From Amoebidium appalachense (Eukaryota > Protista > Ichthyosporea): 64,000 nt of DNA. Position 1 is the stretch's first letter, and each line of letters starts with the position of its first letter. The stretch is from NCBI GenBank assembly GCA_963693365.1, contig CAVNZM010000018.1:1235861-1299860 (forward strand), written 5' to 3'. The position numbers and the translations under genes were made by a program. Below, in pieces: positions 1-16,223 of this stretch. The notes beneath the pieces were generated by a model. It ran no database searches. It was not told the DNA's origin and worked only from the letters and a program-made list of their open reading frames with translations.

Positions 1-40
1 ACCACTACCACACACACGCATACACACACACACAGACCCC

Positions 41-248
41 CGTCTGAGTTGGAGCGTCGTATATACACGGGCTAAGGGGTCGAAACTCAGACGCAATTGA
101 TGACTTGGGCCCTCCCTGAGGATGGGCTCTGCTTATGACGCATACTGTGCACATGGCTGATGTTGCATACTTGAATGTTTGCCTTTGCATGTGTCCTGCA
201 CCATGCTTCTCATCGTGTATGCGTACTTCGTACTGTGTTCCGCATTCA

Positions 249-250
<2 letters not shown>
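41..250 (+). mobile_element. Structured ~430-nt retroposon-like repeat, subfamily 1, truncated copy
   Basis: Near-identical to copies at 688-1111, 8816-9240, 9429-9859, 17848-18090 and 55300-55743; ends ...gcattcaaa directly followed by a C run. Confidence 0.8.
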
Positions 251-283
<33 letters not shown>

Positions 284-327
284 CGCTTCTCTCCATGTGT
301 CTCTAACCGCCCACCTTTCCCCTCCAG

Positions 328-2901
<2,574 letters not shown>

Positions 2902-3693
2902 GAGTTGAGAAAGCACCGAGACTCCCCATACCATCAGGCATCATGAGAATATAAGCAGAGGAAGGGGGAAAAGTGGGCACTTGTAGGTGCCCACATGTAG
3001 TAGGAGGGATGAATAGTAGGGGGAGGAGGGGGGTTTAGGTGGGTGGTGGTGGGGGGAGGGGGGGGGGGGGGGGGGGGGTTTGATTACTTCATAGGTTGGG
3101 TGTAGTGATTTTGCCTAAGCGAGTATGGGATGTAAATGGAAAATGAAAACTCACATATTGTTGTACATAGTGAACACTGTGCATATGCAGATGCATGTGA
3201 TGTAAAAACAATGTTGATACGTTGAAAATCAATGTTATTATTAGTAGAAATATTGTTGGGACCAAGTTTGTAAGTCAACAGACGAATTTCGAACCTTAGA
3301 AAGACTTATTTCGGAAATCAAGCTTGCAATTACCGATATGTGTAAAGTTATTGGTGTAAACTTAATTACCTTAAACTGAGAAAAAAAACCCGGGCAATGT
3401 AAAAACATCGATTCAAGAGGGGCTGGAAGAATGCCACGATGGTGCGATTTCTAGCCAATAAGAAAAGACAATAAAGCAATACGGATTTAAACGCACATAT
3501 TTGATACATGGCTGTGGTTTGCTGGAACACAAGTCCACAATCACGTGTTCACGACTGTAAACTTAGCACACGTGTGTGTGTTTGTGCGCGTGTAGGTGTG
3601 TGCTGTTGCAGGCGTCAGGCGTGCGCAATCACGTACTTTTGCGTTTAGTAGTCGGGGTGTAGATGTGTGCGTGTGTGACTAGACTCTGCACGT

Positions 3694-3738
<45 letters not shown>

Positions 3739-3781
3739 ATTAATCAACCCGTCACGCAACGGGGCACATACATGGCGCGCG

Positions 3782-3841
<60 letters not shown>

Positions 3842-3981
3842 GGGGGGGGGGGGAGGGAGGGAGGGATAGCCAGGAGCTTTGGGTCTTTATTGACCTCCCA
3901 TAATTATTATACTATCCCCTTTTGGGCTGGTGGCACTGGGACAAGGGCCGGGGGGGGGGGGGGGGGGGGAGCACTCAGCGT

Positions 3982-4141
3982 TGACTTGAAATTTTAAACA
4001 GTTTAATTTCTTATATAGACCTACCCCCAATGTGTGACTTGAAATTTTAAACAGTTTAATTTCTTATATAGACCTACCCCCAATGTGTGACTTGATATTT
4101 TTAACCGTTTAATTTCTTATATAGGCCTACCCCCAATGTGT
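3982..4141. repeat. ~54-bp tandem repeat x3
   Basis: tgacttgaaattttaaacagtttaatttcttatatagacctacccccaatgtg occurs three times; the third copy is diverged. Confidence 0.9.
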
Positions 4142-4581
4142 GCGTCACGTACCAGCGTGTAAAACTCGCCACATACAGATATACTTTTGGTATATCCACG
4201 AAATTCAACATAGTTACCACGACCCAAACCACAGTAAATACGAATATATCTAATTCTATATTTCCTTGAGCGAATTGGTGGAATAAATTGGGATATATGG
4301 GATAGGTATTTTTTGAAAATACAGCAAAGGGCTTTGAAGAACTATTTTCCTGCATGTGGGGTCCTAAGGAAAACAGACTTTGCAAGGCCGAATCTAGGGG
4401 TTTGTATGCACAGAGGAAATTTAATCAGCCGAGATATATTCAAATCTACAACACTGAGTGCAAGGGGCCGTATTGATATGGACAGTTGTTCATATGTACC
4501 ACCCGATTTGGTCACCTGTTTCAGCCTTCTCAGAGGACCAACAAAAAAAAAAAAAAAGGAAAAGAAAAAATAAAAAAGGAT

Positions 4582-4620
<39 letters not shown>

Positions 4621-4876
4621 TGTGTGCGTGCGCACGTGTACATGTGCCAGCATTTGTTTTGATTGTATGCACGTCAGTGTGTGGAACTGCCGGTGGGAAC
4701 CCATAGAATCGAGTGTATAAGAACTCGAGTGTATAAGAACAGGAACCAGGGCAACAAACATATCCGTTTCTTTAAAAGGAGAGGAACAGGTGAAACTTTA
4801 ACGCACTTGAGCATGAAAAAAAAAAGTTGCGATGAATTTTAATTGGCTCTGCGCGGATATTTTTACTACACCCATA

Positions 4877-4962
<86 letters not shown>

Positions 4963-5324
4963 ATGCACAATGTCCCCGTAGTCGTCATAGACAAATCCTA
5001 TGATCTCATGGGTGGTGGGTTGGTGTGTGTGATTGAATTGAAGAATAAGATGTTCACGAGTTTCGCGCGCGCGTACCACTTGCCTAATATGTATGACAAG
5101 AAAAAGACCAAAAAAAAATATCCCATTCGGGAGGGAAGGAAACACTAAAGAAAAAGATACCCGCGGAAAGAAGGGATGATAGAGCACCGAGCCCCAGGGG
5201 GGGAAGAGGGGAGGGGAGGGAGGGGGGGGGGGGGGGGGGGGGGGTATGAAGGTTTTTTTTTTCTTTTTCTTTTTATTTCTTTCTTTCTTTTGTTTTTCTT
5301 CTTTCCTTTTTTTTTTTTTTTTTT

Positions 5325-5355
<31 letters not shown>

Positions 5356-5376
5356 GGGGGTCTTTGAATATTTCCT

Positions 5377-5482
5377 CTAATTTGTTTTCTTGGGGGTGGC
5401 CGGATTCATGGCCGGATTAACCCGACGGCTGCGGTCGGCATTTTGGTAAAGCCACCGGTTGAGTACGATATCATCGTAGATG

Positions 5483-5570
<88 letters not shown>

Positions 5571-5575
5571 AGGGT

Positions 5576-5633
<58 letters not shown>

Positions 5634-6138
5634 GTGGTGGGGGGGAAAGGGAGGGGAGGTGGGGGCAGAGGGGCATGTGAGTTCGTTGTTGATGAAGGGC
5701 ACGTATGTGCAAAAGAAGACCATCCGCATGTAATGAGTGAAAGTTGATAAAAAGACCCCAACTGCTTTCAACTAAATGCTTCGTTAGCATATTCTTATCC
5801 CCCCCCCCCCCTCCCTCCCCCTCCCTTTCCCCTTCCTCCTCCCCCCCCCCCCCCCTCCCCCTCCCCCCCCCAAACACGCACACACACCCAAAAGCCAAAA
5901 AAAAAAAAAAAAAAAAAAAAAAGGGAAAAGAAAAAAAAGAAGATGAAAGAAAGAAAAGAGAGAAGAGTAATTTGCGCACTGACTAACACACCCCACCGTA
6001 GCATGCACGTATGGAAAAACACACACTGGCACACACATCTAGCATCCTTGAAAAGATGCATGGTGTGGTTGCTGTGTCCAAAAAAGCACCCCCGAGGGGA
6101 TGGGGGTGGGGGAGAGAATGGGGGAGGGGCGCGCGCGC

Positions 6139-6187
<49 letters not shown>

Positions 6188-6308
6188 GAGGGGGGGGGGA
6201 GGGGGGGGGGGGGGTATATTTACCGAATAGAATCAGGACAATGTAGACAAACAGAGACCAGTGCGGGTTGACCTCTAGCAGCCGACGGATATAGTACACC
6301 TGCCACAG

Positions 6309-6378
<70 letters not shown>

Positions 6379-6895
6379 CGCATAAATGAATGAGTGAGTG
6401 AGTGAGTGAGTGTGTGTGTGCGCGCGCGCATGCGTGTGTGTTGGGGGTTGAAGAAGGGGAAGGAGCGGGGAGGAATGGGTTTAGAATGTGTTACAGAGTA
6501 CGAAGTACACAGAGGACACATTCATAATGAAAGACATAACACATTATGCAAGCCACACAAAGAGTAATCATCATAAGTAGAGCCCATCCTCAGGGATGCC
6601 CCACGTCATCCACAGTACCCGAGTTTCGACCCATTCACCTTGCCAACGAAACCCAACCCATATCCTGCTTCACTTGAGCATTTGGGAGAGGGGGGGGGGG
6701 GGGGGCGGGCTTGTATGCATTAGAAGGAAGTAGACTTAGAAACAAAGGCACATTAAAGCTCTTGTGTAGGCATACGCTACGAAGATACTTGCATTGACAC
6801 CATCGTCAAGGGGGGGAGGGGGGGGGGGGGGGGTTAGAATGGGTCAAAGAATACTTAGTGCACGTACACAACCCGGGTGGGGTGGGTGGGTGGGT

Positions 6896-6933
<38 letters not shown>

Positions 6934-7052
6934 TTATGTATCATAGCAGAAGCAAGGATATTCCTTAAAAAAGCGACACACACAAAAGAAAAAAAAAACC
7001 AACAACCAGAGCATGCTTCTTCTACTTCTAATCTATAATCAAAGGAGGCGGG

Positions 7053-7139
<87 letters not shown>

Positions 7140-7455
7140 CCCCGGGGGGAGGGGGGGGAGGTTAGGGGGGGTCACAAACCAATTTACAGAGCAGGAGAGG
7201 GCGTAAATGACGAGTGCAGAGGAGGAAAGAAAAGCACTGACCCCCCTCCCCACACCCATGAAACGAGAGGCTAGGAGCATATTGACAAGATAGGCAAAGG
7301 TGCTGAATATGGCGTAGATCATAATAAGGCGGCATACGTTCTCTTCACGGTAGTCTGTGTGTGTGTGTGTGTGTGTGTGTGTTGGGGGGGGGGGGGGGGG
7401 GGGGGAGGGTGGTGTGTGTGTGTGGGGGGGGGGGGGGGGGGGGGGGGGAGGGAGG

Positions 7456-7489
<34 letters not shown>

Positions 7490-7800
7490 TGTGTGTGTGC
7501 GCGCGCGTGTGTGGTTGAGTGAGTAACTGTGTGTGTGTGTGTGTTGGCGGGGGCGAGGTGTGTGTGTGTGCGTGTGTGTGCGTGGAGAGGGGGAAAAAGG
7601 GGGTCAGAATTCATTAGAGCACACGTACATACTCATGACGGACAAACCCCGTTCCGTTGTGAGGCCGGACAAAACCTCATTAGGGAAACGAAGTACTCGT
7701 CCACGACGCACAACACAATGCACGACTCAAAAAAAAAAAAAAAAAAAAAAAGAAAGAAAGAAAAAAGGCGGTGGTGGTGGTGGTGGTGGTGGTGGTGATG

Positions 7801-7845
<45 letters not shown>

Positions 7846-8348
7846 GGGGGGGCAGGGTTTAGAGTAATAAGAGTACAGAATACACATTCGCAACGGACAA
7901 GACAATGCACAGTGCAAAACACACACAGTGAGTATGTTTACCTATCCTCAGGGGGGATCCAAGTCATCCACCGTACCCGAGGGGGTTTGGGTGGGTGGGT
8001 TGGTGGGTTGGTGTTTTTTATTTTTTTATTTTTTTATTTTTTTTTTTGGGGGGGGGGGGGGTTTGAATGCGTCATAAAGTACGAAGTACACAAGAACAAA
8101 CGGAGAACACGATGCAGAATGCAAGCCATACATAAAGAGTATGCATAATAAGCAGAGCCCATCCTCAGAGAGGGCCCATGTCATCCACAGTACCCGAGTT
8201 TCGACCTATTCACCTCGTTAACGAAACCCAACTCAGATACTGTTTCACTTGAACATGGGTAGGTCACCCGTCTTGATCAGAGACGAGCAGGGTTGCTTAT
8301 GCAGGCAAGGGCAGTGGGAAAGGCCGGGGGTTAAAGTTGCAGCAGTAA

Positions 8349-8381
<33 letters not shown>

Positions 8382-8582
8382 GGGAGAGAGAGGTTTAAAC
8401 AACTCACCGTTTCTCATGCTGAACACATTGAAAACAATGACGCTCACATGGTGTAGAATGGTAGTCCAAGCCATCCTTCTAACCACCAAAAGACTCACAA
8501 AATCGCATATAGCATAGAGGGAGCCAAGATTACGAATGCGTTGGTTGTTCCAAGTGTCGCATATGAGACACTCGTAGAGTAG

Positions 8583-8672
<90 letters not shown>

Positions 8673-11600
8673 ATGTGTGTGTGTGCATGTGTGTGTGAGG
8701 ATGGGAGGGGAGGGGGGGGAAGGTCGCATTAGGGGGTTGAAATTAAGAAAACGGGTGTGGATGGGTGGGTGGATGGGTGGGGGGGGGGGGGGGGTTTTGA
8801 ATGCGGAACACAGTACGAAGTACTCATACACGATGAGAAGCATGGTGCAGGACACATGCAAAGGCAAACATTCAAGTATGCAGCATCAGCCATGCGCACA
8901 GTATGCGTCATAAGCAGAGCCCATCCTCAGGGAGGGCCCAAGTCATCAATTGCGTCTGAGTTTCGACCCCTTAGCCCGCGTATATACGACGCTCCAACTC
9001 AGACAGCAGCATCAACTGAACTTGGGTGGGTCAACCCGTCTTGATCAAAGACGAGCAGGGTTGCTTATGCAAGCAAGGTGAGCAAAACGGTGAAGATGTA
9101 TGTGCAAACTAATGCAGTGCAGCGACAAACGCGTATGTGCTTACAGATGCACGACACAGAGCAACCATGCCCGGTTGCATGGAAGTAAAGATGTCTCCAC
9201 ACAGTGGTCTGTCCTGAAAGGACACCTCTGAAAGAAGACAGGGGGGGTTTTGAATGCGGAACACAGTACGAAGTACGCATACACGATGAGAAGCATGGTG
9301 CAGGACACATGCAAAGGCAAACATTCAAGTATGCAGGGGGGGGTGATGTACAGATTGGAGGGTTGGGATTATGATAGTGTGTGTGTGTGGTGTATGTGTG
9401 TATGTGTGAGGGGGAGAGGGGGGGGGGGTTGAATGCGGAACACGGTACGAAGTACGCATACACGAAGGACACATGCAAAGGCAAACATTCAAGTATGCAA
9501 CATCAGCCATGCGCACAGTATGTGTCATAAGCAGAGCCCATCCTCAGGGAGGGCCCAAGTCATCAATTGCGTCTGAGTTTCGACCCCTTAGCCCACGTAT
9601 ATACGACTCTCCAACTCAGACAGCAGCATCAACTGAACTTGGGAGGGTCAACCCGTCTTGTATCAAAGACGAGCAGGGTTGCTTCTGCAAGCAAGGTGAG
9701 CAAAACGGTGAAGATTGTGTGTGCAAACTAATGCAGTGCAGCGAAAAATGCGTATGTGCTTACAGATGCACGACAGAGAGCAACCATGCCCGGTTGCATG
9801 GAAGTAAAGCGGTCTCCACACAGTGGTCTGTCCTGAAAGGACACCTCTGAAAGAAGACAGGGGAGGTTGGTGTGTGTGTGTAGAGGGGAAATGGTGTGTG
9901 TGTGTGTAGAGGGGAAATGGTGTGTGTGTGTAGAGGGGAAATGGTGTGTGTGTGTGTAGAGGGGAAATGGTGTGTGTGTGTGTAGAGGGGAAATGGTGTG
10001 TGTGTGTGTAGAGGGAAAGGGTTGTGTGAGAGGGAATTGTGAGAGGGGAAGGTGTGTGTGGGAGGGGAAATGGTGTGTGTGTGTAGAGGGGAAAGGTGTG
10101 TGTGTGTAGAGGGGAAATGGTGTGTGTGTGTAGAGGGGAAATGGTGTGTGTGTGTAGAGGGGAAATGGTGTGTGTGTGTGTAGAGGGGAAAGGTGTGTGT
10201 GTGTGTAGAGGGGAAAGGTGTGTGTGTGTAGGGGGAAATGGTGTGTGTGTGTAGAGGGGAAATGGTGTGTGTGTGTAGAGGGGAAAGGTGTGTGTGTGTA
10301 GAGGGAAAGGTTGTGTGTAAAAAAAAAAGAAAATTTAAGGGTGGTGTGTGTGTAGGGGAAATGGTGTGTGTGTGTAGAGGGGAAATGGTGTGTGTGTGTG
10401 TAGAGGGGAAATGGGTGTGTGTGTGTAGAGGGGAAATGGTGTGTGTGTGTAGAGGGGAAATGTGTGTGTGTGTGTAGAGGGGAAATGGTGTGTGTGTGTA
10501 GAGGGAAAGGGGTGGAAGGGAGGTGTGTGTGTGTAGAGGGGAAATGGTGTGTGTGTGTAGAGGGGAAAGGTGTGTGTGTGTAGAGGGGAAATGGTGTGTG
10601 TGTGTAGAGGGGAAATGGTGTGTGTGTGTAGGGGGAAATGGGTGTGTGTGTGTAGAGGAAAGGTGTGTGTGTGTAGAGGGGAAAGGTGTGTGTGTGTGAG
10701 GGAAAGGGGGAATGGGAAGGAAGGGGGGAAGAAAGAAGAAAAAGGAAGAAAGAGAGAAATGTGTGTAGAGGGGAAAGGTGTGTGTGTGTAGAGGGGAAAT
10801 GGTGTGTGTGTGTGTAGAGGGAAATGTGTGTGTGTGTGTAGAGGGGAAATGTGTGTGTGTGTGTAGAGGGGAAATGGTGTGTGTGTGTGAGGGAAATGGG
10901 TGTGTGTGTAGAGGGGAAATGGTGTGTGTGTGTAGAGGGGAAATGGGTGTGTGTGTGGGGGTTGGGTTTGGGGGGGGGGGGAAAAGAAAGAGAGGAAAAG
11001 GAAGGGAATTGATAAAAAAGAATTGTGTGTAAGGGGAAAGGTGTGTGTGTAGAGGGAAATGGTGTGTGTGTGTAGAGGGGAAATGGTGTGTGTGTGTAGA
11101 GGGGAAATGGTGTGTGTGTGTAGAGGGGAAAGGGTGTGTGTGTGGGGAAATGGGGGGGGAGAGAGGGAAAAAAGAAGAGAAGGGAAAGGGAGAAAGGGAG
11201 GGAAGTAGAGGGGGTTGTGTGTGAGAGGGGTGTGTGTGTGTAGAGGGGAAAGGGGAGAAAAAGGAGAAAGGGAAGAAAAAAAAGAAAATGAGAGGGAAAG
11301 TTGTGTGGGGGGGGTGTGTGTGTGTGGGGGAAATGGTGTGTGTGTGTAGAGGGGAAATGGTGTGTGTGTGTGTAGAGGGGAAATGGGTGTGTGTGTGTAG
11401 AGGGGAAATGGTGTGTGTGTGTAGAGGGGAAATGGTGTGTGTGTGTAGAGGGGAAATGGTGTGTGTGTGTAGAGGGGAAAGGTGTGTGTGTGTAGAGGGG
11501 AAAGGTGGTGTGTGTAGAGGGGAAAGGTGGTGTGGTAGAGGAAAGTGAGGGAGGGAGGGGGGGAGGTGTGTGTGTAGAGGGAAAGGTGTGGTGTGTGTAG

Positions 11601-13001
11601 AGGGGAAGGGTGTGTGTGTAGAGGGGAAAGGTGTGTGTGGTGAGGGGGGTGTGTGTGTAGAGGAAATTGTTGTGGGAGGGAAAGGTGTGTGTGTGTAGAG
11701 GGGAAATGGTGTGTGTGTGTAGAGGAAATTTGTGGGGAAGTGTGTGTGTGAGAGGGGAAATGGTGTGTGTGTGTAGAGGGGAAATGGTGTGTGTGTGTAG
11801 AGGGGAAATGGTGTGTGTGTGTAGAGGGGAAATGGTGTGTGTGTGTAGAGGGGAAATGGTGTGTGTGTGTGTAGAGGGGAAATGGTGTGTGTGTGTGTAG
11901 AGGGGAAATGGTGTGTGTGTGTAGAGGGGAAATGGTGTGTGTGTGTGTAGAGGGGAAATGGTGTGTGTGTGTAGAGGGGAAAGGTAGGAAAGAGGAGGAA
12001 GGGAGGAGAGGAAATGTGTTAGAGGAAAAAAAAAGAGAAGGGAGAGAGTTTGTGTAGAGGGAAATGGTGTGTGTGTGGGGGGGAAATGGTGTGTGTGTGT
12101 AGAGGGGAAATGGTGTGTGTGTGTAGAGGGGAAATGGTGTGTGTGTGTAGAGGGGAAATGGTGTGTGTGTGTAGAGGGGAAAGGTGTGTGTGGGAGGGGA
12201 GGTGTGTGTGGAGGGGAAGTGTGTGAAAGAAAGTGTGTGTGTGTAGAGGGGAAATGTGTGTGTGTGTAGAGGGGAAATGGTGTGTGTGTGTAGAGGGGAA
12301 ATGGTGTGTGTGTGTAGAGGGGAAATGGTGTGTGTGTGTAGAGGGGAAATGGTGTGTGTGTGTAGAGGGGAAATGGTGTGTGTGTGTAGAGGGGAAGTGT
12401 GTGTGTGTAGAGGGGAAATGGTGTGTGTGTGTGTAGAGGGAAAGTGTGTGTGTGTGTAGAGGGGAAATGGTGTGTGTGTGTAGAGGGGAAATGGTGTGTG
12501 TGTGTGTAGAGGGAAATGGTGTGTGTGTGTGTAGAGGGGAAATGGTGTGTGTGTGTGTAGAGGGGAAATGGTGTGTGTGTGTGTAGAGGGAAATGGTGTG
12601 TGTGTGTGTAGAGGGGAAATGGTGTGTGTGTGTGTAGAGGGGAAATGGTGTGTGTGTGTGTAGAGGGGAAATGGTGTGTGTGTGTGTAGAGGGGAAAGGT
12701 GTGTGTGTGTAGAGGGGAAATGGTGTGTGTGTGTAGAGGGGAAATGGTGTGTGTGTGTGTAGAGGGGAAATGGTGTGTGTGTGTGTAGAGGGGAAATGGG
12801 TGTGTGTGTGTAGAGGGGAAATGGTGTGTGTGTGTGTAGAGGGGAAATGGTGTGTGTGTGTGTAGAGGGGAAATGGTGTGTGTGTGTAGAGGGGAAATGG
12901 TGTGTGTGTGTGTGTTTAGTGCGGGCACGTGCAAGTGTGTTGGGTCCGGGTGTGTTGTGCGTGTTCGTATGGTGGTGGTGGTGGTTCTTTTTTTTTTTTT
13001 T

Positions 13002-13032
<31 letters not shown>

Positions 13033-13302
13033 GGAGAAGGAGGGGATAGGAACTGTTTTTTCCTTTCTCTTTTCCCTTCCTTTCTTTTCTTTTCACTTCA
13101 ACCCTTTGTCTTATTATTTCTTTATCCCTTTTTAATGTGGTAGTGCTTTTTTGATTCTTTCTTTCTTTTTTTTTATTTCCTGTTTTTTTTTTACCTGCAC
13201 ACAGAAGGGAGTGAAGGAAGCCAGCATGAAGCACTTGATGGTGTTGCTGAGCACGTAGAACTGCTTGTCCTTGTTGTTGATGCTCTGTGCGTGTACGCGC
13301 GC

Positions 13303-13344
<42 letters not shown>

Positions 13345-13409
13345 CGCCCGTGCGCGAGCGCGTGCGCGTGCGCGTGCGAATGTGTGTGTGTGTGCGTGCA
13401 TGCGCGCGC

Positions 13410-13442
<33 letters not shown>

Positions 13443-13513
13443 CACACATGTGAGAGTGTGCGCAGAAGTATTGTTCCTAGGTGCCAGGCAACGGTATCAG
13501 TAACTTGAAGTCC

Positions 13514-13549
<36 letters not shown>

Positions 13550-13586
13550 AACCTTCAGGCTCTTTATGTTTTTTATTTAATCCCCC

Positions 13587-13617
<31 letters not shown>

Positions 13618-14012
13618 AAAAAAAAAAACCGGGACATTGATGCTAACCCTAACCCCCCCCCCCCCCCCCCCTCACAAAAAAAAAAAAAAAAAAAAAAAAG
13701 CCAGCCTTTCTGTCGCCCCCATTCCCCTCTCTTTCTCGGAGGCCACGACCACCACCACACACACCCACCACCCATTCTAACATCGTTGCAACACATTAGT
13801 GTCGATCTGTGAGCTTCCTTACTCCAAGGTTTCCCAATTCAGATCAAAGTTCATAACCACACATAAGCGGTGCCCCCCCCCCCCCCCCCCCACCTCCCTC
13901 CCTTGATGCCACCGGCGCCACACACGACACACACACACAGCACAGAGAGAAAGAGAGGAGAGAGAGAGATGGAAACACACCCACACACCCACACCCACAC
14001 TAGTGCGCACAC

Positions 14013-14069
<57 letters not shown>

Positions 14070-14728
14070 TCATTGCTTCACTTTTTAAGATTCTAGAGTT
14101 TAGAGTTTAGCGTCTTAGATTTAAGGAGTGTTTTTTAAAATGAATTTAAAACCCACCTTGTATTTTTCCGAGTAGTGCACCAGCACGGAGTCCAACACGT
14201 AATAGGCCATGTAGACCACCACAGACCCGGCCCCAAACGTCACCATGCAGTCCGCATGCTCCACCCACCTTTAATTTTATTGTTAAAATCGATAAAAATA
14301 GACTGTTGTACGTTACTGCAGTCCGCATGCTGCACCCACCTTTACATTTTGTTGTTAAAATCGATAAAAATAGACTGTTGTATGTTACTGTAGTCCGCAT
14401 GCTGCACCCACCTTAACATGTAATTCAATTTGAAATCAATTAACATAGTACTCTCGTCCGCATGCTCCATTCCCCTTCAAAATTTATTGTTAGATTTTAT
14501 TGCTGATATTAAAATGTGTGTTACTGCAGTCTGAACGCCCTACCCATCATTAAAATTCACTGCTATATTTTATTCGTATGTTTATAAATATTAAGAGGGA
14601 GGGGGGGGGGGGGGGGGGGGGGGGGGTCGAGTCATCGTTTGCCCCCAGATTCCAGGTACGCTTTTCATTGTTATCGTCTGCCGGGAAAAGGGTGTTGGGG
14701 AGGACGGGGGACGGGGAACGACCCGGGG

Positions 14729-14763
<35 letters not shown>

Positions 14764-15330
14764 GGAGGAGGGGGAGGGAGGGGGGGACCCTCAGACACAG
14801 CCACATCATAGTTTTTAGACTGGATGCAACAAAAACCCTCCCCCTCCCCCCTTTTCCACCATCTCTCTCGCTCCCTCCTTCCGCTCCCTGCCCCCCCCCC
14901 CCCCCCCCTTTCTCCCCCGCCCCAGCCCGTCACCTCTCCCTCTCTGCTCCATCGCGCCTACTCTTTCTTCCGCACCCTTCTTCTCCCTCCACCACCCTTC
15001 CGTCTCCAGCCCCCTCCCCCTCCCCCTCCCCCCCCCCCCCCCATCCTTCCCCCGTTTGTGTGGGTTGTGTACGTGTGTGAGGTGGGAGGGGCAGGGGGGA
15101 GGGAGGAGAGAGAGGGAGAGAGGGAGGAAGAATGGGGAAAGGGGGGGGGGGGGGAGAGAGAGAGAGAGAGAGAGAGAGAGGGACAGAGAGGGACGGGGGG
15201 CGGGGGGGGGAATGGAAGTATATTACTTGTTGATTGTGAAGGAGCAGAAAAGGACTCCGCACACAGACATGGCTACAGCCTTTTTGTCCAAAAGGGACAG
15301 AGGGTGGCTGTCATCAGTGCACGGCATGCA

Positions 15331-15394
<64 letters not shown>

Positions 15395-16133
15395 GTGTTG
15401 TGTGTGTGCTGTGTTGTTTGTGTGTGTTGTGCGTGTGTGTGTCAGGACAGGTGCGGGAAAGAGGGGGGGGATAGAGAGACCGAGAAGGGGGGGGGGGGGA
15501 GAGAGAGAGCGAGAGAGAGGCGCGGGGGGGGGGGGGGGGGAGGGGGGGGGGGGAGGGGAGAGAAAGAGGAGCGACGGGCAGGCTTACGGCGCAGGGGAGG
15601 AGGTGTGTGTGTGTGTTTAAGGGGGGGGGGGGGGGGAGGGGGGGGGGGGGGTCAGTCAGCCAGAACGAAGCGGAGAATATCAACAGAAACCCGATAGTTA
15701 TGACACTAGTTAGGACACAGGCTGAGGGGGAGGGAAGGGGGGAAGGGGGGGGGGGGGGGGGGTTGTGCAGAGAGGTGGGGAAATCAAACGGATGGAACAA
15801 GAGAGAAAACGTAGAAGGAAAGAAGAAGGTAAGGCAAGGAAAGAGCGGAAGGCATAGATGGACTGTCGCCAAAACCAGCGTTCCCACTTTTTTTCGGGGA
15901 GGGGAGGGGGGGGGGGGGGGGGGGGGGGGAGGGGGGAGGGGGGGGGGGGGGGAGCGAGAAACCGCAAGCAACGTAAAAGCACAAAGGGAGCGAAAGGAAC
16001 CAAAAACCGAACGACGAACGACAGCCTTAGCCATAAACGGCCCGTAGGAGAACAAAGGCTAAGATGTAAAATTGTCTGATTCATAGCTGATGTGAAAACT
16101 CTAGTATTCCTCCCCCCTCCACCCCCTCAAAAG

Positions 16134-16223
<90 letters not shown>

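Noticed and set aside
8221-8242. RNase P RNA-like aacccaactcaga motif; also weak 5S rRNA and tRNA resemblances in the repeat core
   Set aside because: No GGAAnnUC partner at proper spacing, G-U pairing favours the opposite strand, and no cloverleaf or 5S fold is evident.
8920-8970. Canonical hammerhead ribozyme
   Set aside because: CUGAGGA and GAAAC are present but no stem II connects them in any standard topology; kept only as a hypothesis.
8818-9240. Solo LTR interpretation (TG...CA preceded by a G tract)
   Set aside because: No primer-binding site, internal domain or target-site duplication was seen, and one-sided truncation fits reverse-transcription truncation better; not fully excluded.
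8757-9850. Recurring short ORFs inside the dispersed repeat ([10 protein letters not shown]..., MTHTVRMAD...)
   Set aside because: They are open in several frames, broken by indels between copies, and not conserved in subfamily 2.
9728-13447. 1239-aa ORF and the many poly-Pro/Gly, HT and CV ORFs in the track
   Set aside because: These are translations of minisatellite, microsatellite and homopolymer sequence; only the embedded 13195-13284 exon is real.
13643-13655. Telomeric CTAACC repeats
   Set aside because: Only two units.
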